From assembly GCF_000012905.2 (NCBI RefSeq), contig NC_007494.2, positions 390,001 through 422,000 on the forward strand: a stretch of DNA of 32,000 bases, in the 5' to 3' direction. The stretch comes from Cereibacter sphaeroides 2.4.1 (GTDB lineage Bacteria; Pseudomonadota; Alphaproteobacteria; Rhodobacterales; Rhodobacteraceae). The position numbers and the translations under genes were made by a program. This document shows, piece after piece, positions 18,144 to 27,535 of this stretch. The notes beneath the pieces were generated by a model. The model saw only the letters and a list, made by a program, of their open reading frames with translations. It searched no databases and had not been told where the DNA came from. Position 1 is the first letter of the stretch, and each line of letters begins with the position of its first letter.

Positions 18144-19616
18144 CTAGCTTGCCGTCCGGCTGGCCTGCGCTCCGCGCCGGTCGGCTTCGGCGTAGAACTT
18201 GCGCTTTTCCTCATACATGTGCCGGTCGGCCCGCTTGATCGTGGCCTCCATCGTCTCGTTGGGCTGGCTCGTCGCATGGCCGATCGAGACCGAGAGCGGG
18301 GCCATGAAATGGAAGCGGTTGTTCACCGTGAGGAGCCGCTTGATCGTGTCGACCATCGCCTGCGCCATCGCCTCGCTCGACCGCGGCATGACCACCGCGA
18401 ATTCGTCGCCCCCGATGCGGGCGGGATGGTTCGTCTCGGCCGCCGCCTCCTTCAGCACTTCGCCCAGCCGCCGGAGCAGCTGGTCGCCCGCGTCATGGCC
18501 GAGCGCGTCGTTCACGCCCTTCAGTCCGTTCAGATCCAGCATCACGATGGAGACCGGCCGCACCCCCTGCCGCTCGAGCCGGTTCAGCTCGTCGATGTAG
18601 AAGGCCCGGTTGTTCACCCCCGTCAGCACATCGTGCTTGCCGAGATAGGCGAGGTAGGCCTCGGCCTTCTTGCGGGCCGTGATGTCGGTCAGCGCCACCT
18701 GAACCAGCGACCAGTCGTGCTCGTGCCCGGGCAGAACGGCGAAATGCATGATGACCGCCCGTTCGCTGCCGTCGAGCGCGTAATTCACCACCTCGCGGCT
18801 GTGGTAATAGTGATGGTTCCAGAGCTCGATCAGCTGCTCGCGGAAATGCGGCTCCATGCTGTCGCGGAAGATGTCGCGCAGATGGCTGAGAAGCGTGCGC
18901 TTGTCGGGGGCGCAGAACATGTCGAGCGTGGCCTGGTTCACGTCGATCACCCGGATCTCGCCCATGCATTGCCGGACGAACTCGGGGTGGACGTCGGTGA
19001 AGACCCGCAGATCCACGATCCCGCGCGCGCGCAGATTTTCGAGAAGCTGGCGGATCTGGCTGAAATCCTCGACCCAGAGCGAGGTCGGCGAATATTCGAA
19101 GATGCCCTCGGCGTAGCGCCGGCTCGCGCGTTCGAGCCTGCGCGCCTCTTCGCGGGCGGTCACATCCTCGCAGGTCAGGAGGATCCGATCGAGGCTCTGT
19201 TCGGATCCGGGCAGCACCGCCCCGCGCAGCTGGATGTCGAGCCGGCGCCCGCCCAGTGTATAGTTGACCGCGAGGCTGGAGAAGGTCTGCTCGCCCGCCC
19301 AGAGCTGCGACAGCTCGTTCACATGGCTCTGGAGCATGTCGTCGCGAAAGACCCGTTCGAGGTTCTCCGTCAGATGGGCGAGATCGCGCGCCTCGTAGAG
19401 GGCGAGCGTGCGGGCATTCACCCTGAGAACCTTGATGCTCCGCGAACAGGCGGCGACACGCGACAGGTCGGCCTCGAGGAAGGCCCGGATGTCGGTCACG
19501 CCCTCGGCGCGCCACTGGTCGAACAGGGCCCGGACGCCGCTGAAATCCTCGATCCACATCGAGATCGGGGCGAGATCGAAGGCAGCCTCTTCGATCGGCC
19601 TCGTCGTAGCGGTCAT
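18144..19616 (-). CDS. Diguanylate cyclase with two tandem PAS-like sensor modules
   Basis: 490-aa ORF with two homologous modules (SMWIEDFSGVRALF... and SLWVEDFSQIRQLL...) followed by a GGDEF domain (RIGGDEFAVVM). No RxxD I-site is seen upstream of GGDEF. Confidence 0.9.
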   Translation of the reverse strand: MTATTRPIEEAAFDLAPISMWIEDFSGVRALFDQWRAEGVTDIRAFLEADLSRVAACSRSIKVLRVNARTLALYEARDLAHLTENLERVFRDDMLQSHVNELSQLWAGEQTFSSLAVNYTLGGRRLDIQLRGAVLPGSEQSLDRILLTCEDVTAREEARRLERASRRYAEGIFEYSPTSLWVEDFSQIRQLLENLRARGIVDLRVFTDVHPEFVRQCMGEIRVIDVNQATLDMFCAPDKRTLLSHLRDIFRDSMEPHFREQLIELWNHHYYHSREVVNYALDGSERAVIMHFAVLPGHEHDWSLVQVALTDITARKKAEAYLAYLGKHDVLTGVNNRAFYIDELNRLERQGVRPVSIVMLDLNGLKGVNDALGHDAGDQLLRRLGEVLKEAAAETNHPARIGGDEFAVVMPRSSEAMAQAMVDTIKRLLTVNNRFHFMAPLSVSIGHATSQPNETMEATIKRADRHMYEEKRKFYAEADRRGAQASRTAS

Positions 19617-20013
19617 GCCATGCGCCTCTTGAGGGATTCTTGAACCGACAATCGCGACTCATACACGGGAGCGAGGAGAGCCCGCAAATGGAACCTCGCT
19701 GCCTGCGCGGCACGGCGCGCGGGGCCGGCGTCGCCTGAGGAAAGCAACGCCTGCTGCACCATCTGCAGGTTTTTTCGGCGCCGGGAGAAGCCGCCGGCCG
19801 CGGTGCGCAAGCGACCCGGTTATGGCCGGAGCCCCCGGTTGCAGAGCCTCGCCCGCAGTGGCGAGGAGCCCGCGGGCCTTGCGTCCCGGGCAGGAGCTGG
19901 CAGGTCCCGGGCTGCGACAGCCCCGCACGGGAGTGCCGCGGCGGCGCCATCGGCGGTTGCCGCGCAGGCACCGGCCCGCCATTGTATCCCTGCCTCCCTC
20001 TTACGGACCTTCC

Positions 20014-21177
20014 ATGCCCGATGCCCATCCCCCGCCCAGCCCGTCCAAGGACCGCTCCTTCGCAGCGCGCGTCCAGACCGGCGCTCTCGTCATCATCGCC
20101 TTCGCCGTGGTGCTGGCCCTGCTCGTGCAGGCGCAGTTCATCCTGATCTCCCTCGCCGTCTCGGTGATCCTCTTCAGCCTGACCTCGGACGCCATCGCGC
20201 TCGTCGCGCGCGTCCGCTTCGGGCCGGTCAAGATCCCGAACTGGCTGGCGAGCAGCCTCGCGCTGCTCCTGCTGGCCATCGTGCTTCTGTCGCTGGCCGC
20301 GGTGATCGTCTCGCAGGTCAACACGGTGCTCCTGACGGCGCTCAGCTACAGCGAGCAGGCCCCGGCCGCCGTGGCCGCGATCTTCTCCTGGCTCGGCAAG
20401 GACGCCGAGGAGGCGGTGCTCTCCTCGCTCCGGGCCGTCGAGATCTCGGGCTATCTGCGCACCCTCGCCGCTCAGGCGGGCACGCTGATGCAGGCCACGG
20501 TGCTCGTCATCCTGTTCGTGGGCTTCCTCTTCGCCGAGCGGGTCTGGTTCCCCGTCAAGCTTCTGAACCTGTTCGGCAACCCCGACCGCGCCCGCCGGGT
20601 CGAGGAGATCGTGAGCTCGATCATGCACCGGGTGAACCGGTACCTGCTGGTCAAGACGCTGGTCTCGGCGATCACCGGCCTGCTCGTCTGGGGCGTGGCG
20701 ATGGCCTTCGGGCTGGATCTTGCAGCGCCGCTGGGGATGCTCACCTTCATCCTGAACTTCATCCCGAGCCTCGGCTCGATCGTGGCCACGCTTCTCATCG
20801 TGCTGGTGACCTTCGTCCAGACGGTCGATGTGAGCACGGCGCTGTCGGTTCTGGCGCTGGTGGGCGTGATCCAGTTCATCTGCGGCAACATCCTCGACCC
20901 GATGCTGATGGGCCGTGCGCTGCAGCTCTCGTCCTTCGGGATCATCATCAGCCTCGCCTTCTGGGGCGCGATCTGGGGGATCCCGGGGATGTTTCTCTCG
21001 GTGCCGATCATGGTCGGGCTGATGATCGTCTGCGCCGAGACCGAGGCGCTGCGGCCCATCGCGGTGCTTCTGTCGCGCGAGGGGCTGGCCGCGCCCATGC
21101 ATCCCGAACGCCCGGCCGCCCCGCCCCGGGCCGAGCCCGAGACAGAGACAGTGGCCTCGCGGCGGGTGGGCCTGTGA
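20014..21177 (+). CDS. AI-2E (PerM/UPF0118) family transporter
   Basis: Track ORF trimmed to the ATG at 20014 (MPDAHPPPSPSKDRSF...). It is polytopic, with the family's C-terminal WGIPGMFLSVPIM motif. Confidence 0.85.
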   Translation: MPDAHPPPSPSKDRSFAARVQTGALVIIAFAVVLALLVQAQFILISLAVSVILFSLTSDAIALVARVRFGPVKIPNWLASSLALLLLAIVLLSLAAVIVSQVNTVLLTALSYSEQAPAAVAAIFSWLGKDAEEAVLSSLRAVEISGYLRTLAAQAGTLMQATVLVILFVGFLFAERVWFPVKLLNLFGNPDRARRVEEIVSSIMHRVNRYLLVKTLVSAITGLLVWGVAMAFGLDLAAPLGMLTFILNFIPSLGSIVATLLIVLVTFVQTVDVSTALSVLALVGVIQFICGNILDPMLMGRALQLSSFGIIISLAFWGAIWGIPGMFLSVPIMVGLMIVCAETEALRPIAVLLSREGLAAPMHPERPAAPPRAEPETETVASRRVGL

Positions 21178-21186
21178 GCCCGCCCC

Positions 21187-23913
21187 TCAGGCGGCCCGCG
21201 AAGAGGGTGTGTCGACCCGGCCCGCCATGACCGGGGCGAGCCAGCGCTCGACCTCGGCCAGTTCCATGCCCTTGCGACGGGCATAATCCTCGGCCTGATC
21301 GCGCTCGACCCGCGCGAGGCCGAAGTAATAGGCGTCGGGATGGCCGATATAGAGGCCAGAGACCGACGAGCCCGGCCACATGGCCATGCTCTCGGTCAGT
21401 TCCACCCCCGTGGCCGCGGTCGCGTCGAGCAGGCGGAAGAGCGTGACCTTCTCGGTATGGTCGGGCTGGGCCGGGTAGCCCGGCGCGGGCCGGATGCCGC
21501 GGTAGGGCTCGGCATGAAGCGCATCGGGCGTGAAGGACTCGTCAGGGGCGTAGCCCCAGAGCTCGCGGCGCACCCTCTCGTGCAGCCTCTCGGCCATGGC
21601 CTCGGCGAAGCGGTCGGCCAGCGCCTTGACCATGATGGCGGAGTAATTGTCGTTCGCCCGGTCGAACCGCTCGGCGATGGAGGCCTCCTCGGGGCCGGCC
21701 GTCACCACGAACCCGCCGACCCAGTCGGGCCCCGCGCCTTCGGGCGCCACGAAATCCGACAGGGCGAGATTGGGCCGCCCTTCGCGCTTCGTGACCTGCT
21801 GGCGGAGGGTGAAGAAGGTGGCGAGCTCGGCCTGCCGCGTCTCGTCGGCATAGAGGCGGATGTCGTCGCCCACCGCATTGGCGGGCCAGAAGCCCACCAC
21901 CGCACGCGGCGTGAACCAGCGTTCCGCCACGATGCGCGCGAGCATCTCCTGCGCATCGGCAAAGAGCGCGCGGGCGGCCTCGCCCTGCGCCGGATCCTCG
22001 AGGATGCGCGGATAGACCCCCTTCAACTCCCAGGTCTGGAAGAACATCGTCCAGTCGATGTAGCGCGCGATCTCGGCCAGATCCCAGCCGTCGACGGTCC
22101 GGCTGCCGGTGAAGCTCGGCCGCACCGGCCGGTGCGCGGCCCAGTCGAGCTTCAGCGCATTGGCCCGCGCCGCCGCCAGCGGCAGGCGCTGCTTGGCGCG
22201 TTCCGACCGGGCGTGGCGCTCGGCCACCTCGGCATAGTCGGCGCGCAGCCCCTCGACATAGGCGCCCTTGCGCTCGGCGCTCAGAAGCTGGCCCACCACC
22301 CCCACCGCGCGGCTTGCATCGGTGACATAGACCGCGGGGCCCCTGCAATAGGAGGGGGCGATCTTCACCGCCGTATGCACCTTCGAGGTAGTGGCCCCGC
22401 CGATCAGCAGCGGGATGTCGAACCCTTCCCGTTCCATCTCGGCCGCCACCGTCACCATCTCGTCGAGCGAGGGCGTGATGAGGCCCGAGAGGCCGATCGC
22501 ATCCACCTTCTCGGCCCGCGCCACCTCGAGGATCTTCGCCGGCGGCACCATCACGCCCAGATCGATGATCTCGTAATTGTTGCAGGCGAGAACCACGCCC
22601 ACGATGTTCTTGCCGATGTCATGCACATCGCCCTTCACCGTGGCCATCAGCACCTTGCCCGCCGCCTCGCGGCCCTCGCCGCCGCCGAGACGTTTCTCCT
22701 CCTCCATGTAGGGCAGGAGCACGGCCACGGCCTGCTTCATCACCCGGGCCGACTTCACCACCTGCGGCAGGAACATCTTTCCCGCGCCGAAGAGGTCGCC
22801 CACCACGTTCATCCCCGCCATCAGCGGGCCCTCGATCACATGGAGCGGCCGCTCGGCCGCCTGCCGGGCCTCTTCGGTGTCGGCCTCGATGAATTCGGTG
22901 ATGCCGTTGACCAGCGCATGTTCGAGCCGCTTCTCGACCGGCCAGCCGCGCCAGGCCAGATCGCGCGTCTTCTCCTCGCGCGCGCCGCCCCGGAACCGCT
23001 CGGCCAGAGCCAAGAGCCGCTCGGTCGCGGTGCCGCCCTGCTTCGGCTTGCGGTTCAGCACCACATCCTCGCAGGCCTCGCGCAGGTCGGGATCGATCTG
23101 GTCGTAGACCGCAAGCTGGCCCGCATTCACGATCCCCATGTCCATCCCGGCCCGGATCGCATGGTAGAGGAAGACCGCATGCATCGCCTCGCGCACGGGC
23201 TCGTTGCCGCGGAAGCTGAAGGAGAGGTTCGACACGCCGCCCGAGACATGGGCATGGGGCAGGTTCGCCCGGATCCAGCGCGCGGCCTCGATGAAGTCGA
23301 CGCCGTAATTGTCGTGCTCCTCGATGCCCGTGGCCACGGCGAAGACGTTCGGGTCGAAGATGATGTCCTCGGGCGGGAAGCCCACCTCCTCGACGAGGAT
23401 GCGGTAGGCCCGGGCGCAGATCGTGGTCTTGCGGGCGAAACTGTCGGCCTGCCCCTCCTCGTCGAAGGCCATGACCACGACCGCGGCCCCGTAGGCGAGG
23501 CAGAGGCCCGCCTGCCGCCGGAACGACTCCTCGCCCTCCTTCAGGCTGATCGAATTGACCACGGGCTTGCCCTGCACGCATTTCAGTCCGGCCTCGATCA
23601 CCTCCCATTTCGAGCTGTCGATCATCAGCGGCACCCGCGCGATGTCGGGCTCGGACGCGATCAGGTTGAGGAATTCGACCATGGCGGCCTTCGAGTCGAT
23701 CAGCCCCTCGTCCATGTTCACGTCGAGGATCTGCGCGCCGTTCTGCACCTGATCGCGCGCGACCTCGAGCGCCGCCGCATAGTCGCGGTTGGTGATGAGC
23801 TTGCGGAAGCGAGCGGAGCCCGTGACGTTCGTCCGCTCGCCCACGTTGACGAAGGGGATGTCGGGCGTGAGGACGAAGGGCTCGAGGCCCGAGAGACGAA
23901 GGTAACGGGTCAT
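21187..23913 (-). CDS. metH: Methionine synthase, C-terminal piece (pterin-binding, cap/B12-binding and AdoMet-activation domains)
   Basis: 908-aa ORF starting [10 protein letters not shown]...[16 protein letters not shown] (pterin domain). It also has [11 protein letters not shown] (DxHxxG B12 motif) and a C-terminal reactivation domain. Confidence 0.95.
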   Translation of the reverse strand: MTRYLRLSGLEPFVLTPDIPFVNVGERTNVTGSARFRKLITNRDYAAALEVARDQVQNGAQILDVNMDEGLIDSKAAMVEFLNLIASEPDIARVPLMIDSSKWEVIEAGLKCVQGKPVVNSISLKEGEESFRRQAGLCLAYGAAVVVMAFDEEGQADSFARKTTICARAYRILVEEVGFPPEDIIFDPNVFAVATGIEEHDNYGVDFIEAARWIRANLPHAHVSGGVSNLSFSFRGNEPVREAMHAVFLYHAIRAGMDMGIVNAGQLAVYDQIDPDLREACEDVVLNRKPKQGGTATERLLALAERFRGGAREEKTRDLAWRGWPVEKRLEHALVNGITEFIEADTEEARQAAERPLHVIEGPLMAGMNVVGDLFGAGKMFLPQVVKSARVMKQAVAVLLPYMEEEKRLGGGEGREAAGKVLMATVKGDVHDIGKNIVGVVLACNNYEIIDLGVMVPPAKILEVARAEKVDAIGLSGLITPSLDEMVTVAAEMEREGFDIPLLIGGATTSKVHTAVKIAPSYCRGPAVYVTDASRAVGVVGQLLSAERKGAYVEGLRADYAEVAERHARSERAKQRLPLAAARANALKLDWAAHRPVRPSFTGSRTVDGWDLAEIARYIDWTMFFQTWELKGVYPRILEDPAQGEAARALFADAQEMLARIVAERWFTPRAVVGFWPANAVGDDIRLYADETRQAELATFFTLRQQVTKREGRPNLALSDFVAPEGAGPDWVGGFVVTAGPEEASIAERFDRANDNYSAIMVKALADRFAEAMAERLHERVRRELWGYAPDESFTPDALHAEPYRGIRPAPGYPAQPDHTEKVTLFRLLDATAATGVELTESMAMWPGSSVSGLYIGHPDAYYFGLARVERDQAEDYARRKGMELAEVERWLAPVMAGRVDTPSSRAA

Positions 23914-24935
23914 ACGAGGGTCCTTGGCGGAAGATCGGCCACCGCGCAGGCGATGGCGCGGACATGGTCGGGCGTGGTGCCGCAGCAGCCGCCCACGACA
24001 TTGACGAGCCCTTCGCGGGCGAAGCGGGCGACCTGCGCCGCCGTCTCGTCCGGGCCCTCGTCATACTGGCCGAAGGCGTTGGGCAGGCCCGCGTTCGGAT
24101 AGGCGCAGATCGCGGCATCGGCCACACCCGCAAGCTCGGCCAGATGGGGCCGCATGGCCGCGGCTCCGAGCGCACAGTTCAGCCCCACCGTGAAGGGCCG
24201 CGCATGGCGCACCGAATGCCAGAAGGCGGTCGGCGTCTGGCCCGAGAGCGTGCGGCCCGACGCGTCGGTGATCGTGCCCGAGATCATCAGCGGCAGCCGG
24301 CGGCCGGCCTCGGCGAAGGCCTCGAAACAGGCGAAGATCGCGGCCTTCGCATTCAGCGTGTCGAAGATCGTCTCGATCAGGATGAGATCCGCGCCGCCCG
24401 CGATCAGCGCCCGCACCTGCGTGCCGTAGGCCATGCGCAGATCGTCGAAGCTCACAGCGCGGTAGCCCGGATCGTTGACGTCGGGGCTGATCGAGGCGGT
24501 GCGGTTGGTGGGCCCCACCGCGCCCGCCACGAAGCGCGGCCGCCCGTCGAGCGCCGTCGCCCGATCGAGCGCGCGCCGCACGATCCGCGCCCCCTCGCGG
24601 TTCAGATCCTCGACCGCGCTCTCCATCCCGTAATCGGCCTGCGCGATGGTGGTGGCCGAGAAGGTGTTGGTCTCGACAATGTCGGCACCCGCCATGGCAT
24701 AGCGGAAATGGATCTCCTCGATGGCCTGCGGCTGGGTCAGGATCAGGAGGTCGTTGTTGCCCTTCTGCGGCCGCTCGGCGTGGTGGCGGCAGCCGCAGCC
24801 GGCATAATCCTCCTCGCTCAGCCCGAGCGCCTGGATCTGGGTGCCCATCGCCCCGTCGAGGATCAGGATGCGTTGGCGCACGAGGGCCTCGAGAGCCGGA
24901 ACGGCGCGGGAGGGCGGAAGGGAAAAGGTCAGCAT
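23910..24935 (-). CDS. metH: Methionine synthase, N-terminal piece (homocysteine S-methyltransferase domain)
   Basis: Track ORF trimmed to the ATG at 24933-24935 ([32 protein letters not shown]). It has the Zn-ligand regions GLNCALG and [10 protein letters not shown]. Its stop overlaps the next ATG (ATGA at 23910-23913). Confidence 0.9.
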   Translation of the reverse strand: MLTFSLPPSRAVPALEALVRQRILILDGAMGTQIQALGLSEEDYAGCGCRHHAERPQKGNNDLLILTQPQAIEEIHFRYAMAGADIVETNTFSATTIAQADYGMESAVEDLNREGARIVRRALDRATALDGRPRFVAGAVGPTNRTASISPDVNDPGYRAVSFDDLRMAYGTQVRALIAGGADLILIETIFDTLNAKAAIFACFEAFAEAGRRLPLMISGTITDASGRTLSGQTPTAFWHSVRHARPFTVGLNCALGAAAMRPHLAELAGVADAAICAYPNAGLPNAFGQYDEGPDETAAQVARFAREGLVNVVGGCCGTTPDHVRAIACAVADLPPRTLV

Positions 24936-25015
24936 GGAGTCCGGTCGGATCAGGAGGAGAAGCGGAGACCATAGCGGGAAGGGCTTCATCGATCACTCTC
25001 ATATCCCGCACTATC

Positions 25016-25036
25016 ATCATGAAGGTGTTTCATGAT
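25016..25036. promoter_or_regulatory. Perfect inverted repeat ATCATGAA-N5-TTCATGAT (contains the MetR-type TGAA-N5-TTCA)
   Basis: Exact 8-bp arms in an AT-rich patch about 90 bp upstream of the metH N-piece start, within the divergent region shared with the lipoprotein gene. Confidence 0.4.
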
Positions 25037-25264
25037 TTTCCATCGCCCACATCGCGACCCGACCTCTGCGCCTTCCATGAGAAGGTGCACCTGCACTCCC
25101 TGCCCCCCACGGACCGGCAGGATGAACGCCAACTCCTGCTCTGCCATGGCGGAACCGGCGCGCGGGGCCGCTGCAGGCTTGCTTCGCCCTGAAGGTGACT
25201 TTACCAAGACGAGCAGTCCTCCCCGCGGCCCTTTTGCACGCGGGGACACCGGGAGATCTGTCAG

Positions 25265-26143
25265 ATGCCGTCACCGCGCGCCGCCTTCCCTCTCCAGCCG
25301 AAGGCGCAGGCCGCTGCCCTGCTGGCCGCAGGCCTGATCCTCGCCGCCTGCGGCGGCGGGGGCGGCGGCGGCGGATCGGACCCTGTCGAGCCGGGCTTCA
25401 CCGGGCGCGAGGTCAAGACCGAGGGCATCAAGTCCTACACGACCGATCACAACGGCTTCACCCGTGCGCGGATCGATCTGGCCTCGACCCCGGCCGACCG
25501 CGACGCGCTGGCGGGCTTCGACAACGGCGGGTCGCCCGCGGGCTATGCGCGTCTCATCAAGGACGCCGAGAACAGCTTCCCCGACAAGACCTTCGTCGAG
25601 GTCATCGCGGAGGTCGCGCCTCTGACGGGCAGCGGCGAGAAGGTCGTCAAGGTGCTGCGCCTGACCGCGGATCAGGCGCCCTTCGACAATGTGGACAGCA
25701 GCGGGAACGCCATCGGCAGCGGCAAATACTACTTCCGGGGCACGGGCGACTTCCGTGTCTATGCGAGCGTCGACGGCGGCGCGGTGCGGACCGGGCGCGG
25801 CGACCTCGAGAACCTCGTCATCGACTTCGACCGGGGCACCGCGGCGATCAACCTGCGGACCGGGCAGGAGGGCGCCTCCGAGATCGAGACCCAGATCAAG
25901 GCCGACAACCTGACCTTCAACGTCCTGACCGGCGAGTTCGGGGGTGCGATCACCCAGACGGCGCGGGTGGGTGGCGAGACGCTCTCTGCCCAGGGCTTCC
26001 TGCGCGGCAGCATCAGCGGCAACGAGACGAGCCTGCGGCAGCACGACGAGAAGATGACCACCTCGGGCGTCTATCACGCCACCGGCAAGCGCCTGACCTC
26101 GCAGGGCATCTTCTGGGGGAGCCATCCCAACGTCGACAAATGA
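25265..26143 (+). CDS. Surface-lipoprotein candidate with TbpB/fHbp-type C-terminal beta-barrel
   Basis: 292-aa ORF with lipobox LILAAC (Cys29) followed by G8. The C-terminal pattern is KYYFRGTG...LVIDFDRGTAAINL...TGEFGG...GFLRGSISGNE...GVYHATG...GIFWGS. GGGAGA RBS. Confidence 0.7.
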   Translation: MPSPRAAFPLQPKAQAAALLAAGLILAACGGGGGGGGSDPVEPGFTGREVKTEGIKSYTTDHNGFTRARIDLASTPADRDALAGFDNGGSPAGYARLIKDAENSFPDKTFVEVIAEVAPLTGSGEKVVKVLRLTADQAPFDNVDSSGNAIGSGKYYFRGTGDFRVYASVDGGAVRTGRGDLENLVIDFDRGTAAINLRTGQEGASEIETQIKADNLTFNVLTGEFGGAITQTARVGGETLSAQGFLRGSISGNETSLRQHDEKMTTSGVYHATGKRLTSQGIFWGSHPNVDK

Positions 26144-27183
26144 GGGCTGCGGCGCTGGCCGCGCTCGTAGCCGCCCTGCCGGCCGCGGTCGCGGCGCAGA
26201 GCTACGAGCTCGGCCGCAGCGGCGATCTGGTGGTCTCGGAGCGGCTGAGGATCTTCGCCCAGGGGCGCGCCTTCGCCGCCGAGGCGAGCCCCTGGAGCCG
26301 CACCCTGGCGCTCAAGTCGGACCTGATTGCGCAGGGCTTCTTCCATGAGGGCCCGGCCCCGGACTGGATCCTGACCGAGGTCACCGCCCGGCCCACCCTC
26401 GGCTGGTCGCCCAACCTGAACGGCGGCGTGGGCCAGCGGAGGATCGATTTCGCCGGCGGCTGGCTGGAAGTCGATCCCGCCTATGTCGCGAAATCCGGCC
26501 CGACCGTGGGGATCGCCGTCGAGGGCGAGGCGCGCCTCGCCTGGGGGCTGGGGCGCTTCCTCGAGGTCGAGGCGGACGGCGCGATCTCGCGCGCCCGCGA
26601 GAGCGGCTACGAGCGGCGCGACCGGACGCTCGGCCTCTGCAGCCGCAACCATCTGGCCGGCTGGAGCTTCCTCGACCTCTGCCTGCGCGAGGCGAAGAGC
26701 AGCCGCAGCCTGAGCGATTTCGAACAGCGCGAAACTTCGGTCCAGCTCGCGCAGCTCTTCGCGGTGCCCGGCAGCTATCACGAGATCCGCCTCGAACTGG
26801 GCGAGCGGCGGCGGCCCGAGTTCGACCAGCCCTATGCCGGGCTGGAATTGCATTCGGTCTGGTCGGGTCTCGCCACCCGCGTGGGGCTGGCCCTCGGCCG
26901 CCCGGTGCCGGGCCGCAGCGTCGAGCGGGTGAGCGCCTTTACCGAGGCCCGCTGGCGCATGGGCGGTGCCGCCACCGGCGCCGCGGTCTGGCATTCGGAA
27001 GCCTCGGGCGGGCAGCTCTTCGGGATCGCGCAGGAAGACCGTTCCACCGGGATCGCGCTCTTCCGCCAGCTCACGCCCCGGCTCGATGTCACCGTGAGCT
27101 ACGAGCGCACGGACTCCACCGTAGCCCTCTTCCGCAGCGACCAGATCGGGCTCGATCTCACCTGGCAGATCGACCTGCGCTGA
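26140..27183 (+). CDS. Outer-membrane beta-barrel protein, possible Slam/DUF560-like partner
   Basis: In-frame ATG at 26140 overlaps the upstream TGA (ATGA). The 347-aa product has signal peptide MRAAALAALVAALPAAVAAQ, amphipathic strand periodicity and an SPNLNGG motif. The family call is tentative. Confidence 0.55.
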   Translation: MRAAALAALVAALPAAVAAQSYELGRSGDLVVSERLRIFAQGRAFAAEASPWSRTLALKSDLIAQGFFHEGPAPDWILTEVTARPTLGWSPNLNGGVGQRRIDFAGGWLEVDPAYVAKSGPTVGIAVEGEARLAWGLGRFLEVEADGAISRARESGYERRDRTLGLCSRNHLAGWSFLDLCLREAKSSRSLSDFEQRETSVQLAQLFAVPGSYHEIRLELGERRRPEFDQPYAGLELHSVWSGLATRVGLALGRPVPGRSVERVSAFTEARWRMGGAATGAAVWHSEASGGQLFGIAQEDRSTGIALFRQLTPRLDVTVSYERTDSTVALFRSDQIGLDLTWQIDLR

Positions 27184-27535
27184 GGCCGGGGCTGGCACGG
27201 GGACCGGGAGGGCCGGGAGACCGCCATCCCGAGGCCCGAGTGAGGAAAGGGCTGGTCATCTGCCGGGACCGGACTATCTGGAACCTGCAATGCCGGCGCC
27301 CAGGAACGGAGGCGCTTGGCGGAGGCCGCGGGAGACGGAATGTCCGGGCATCTGAGGCGCCAGCGCTGATCATGATGACAGGCCGGACTGCCTTTCGCGG
27401 CATGACAGGGGCGGATGCGGACCATCCCTGCCATGGCTCGCAGCCCATCCCCCCGCATCGGGCCGGCCCTCGCGCGGCGGTCCGGCAGATTCGGCCGGCA
27501 GGTCCGGGTCCTTCGGAGACATCAAGGAGACCAGA

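Noticed and set aside
18493-21102. 869-aa minus-strand ORF overlapping the DGC and AI-2E genes
   Set aside because: It crosses a divergent intergenic region and is antisense to the AI-2E permease. It has no motifs and is extremely Arg/Pro-rich.
21340-24102. 920-aa + strand ORF antisense to metH
   Set aside because: MetH on the opposite strand is unambiguous (DxHxxG, pterin and reactivation motifs), so this is a stop-free antisense frame.
24936-25264. Possible cobalamin or SAM riboswitch in the long metH leader
   Set aside because: The minus-strand sequence has scattered resemblances (AGGGCGAAGC, GCCATGG, CATCCTGCCGG). However, it lacks the GGTG...AA...CC core, the GCCACTG element and a proper B12 box, and no SAM-II AAAGCU element is present. 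MetH is also not a typical B12-riboswitch target. A cmscan run against Rfam would settle it.
27194-27210. TGGCAC motif checked as a sigma-54 -24 element
   Set aside because: There is no TTGC -12 element at the required spacing.
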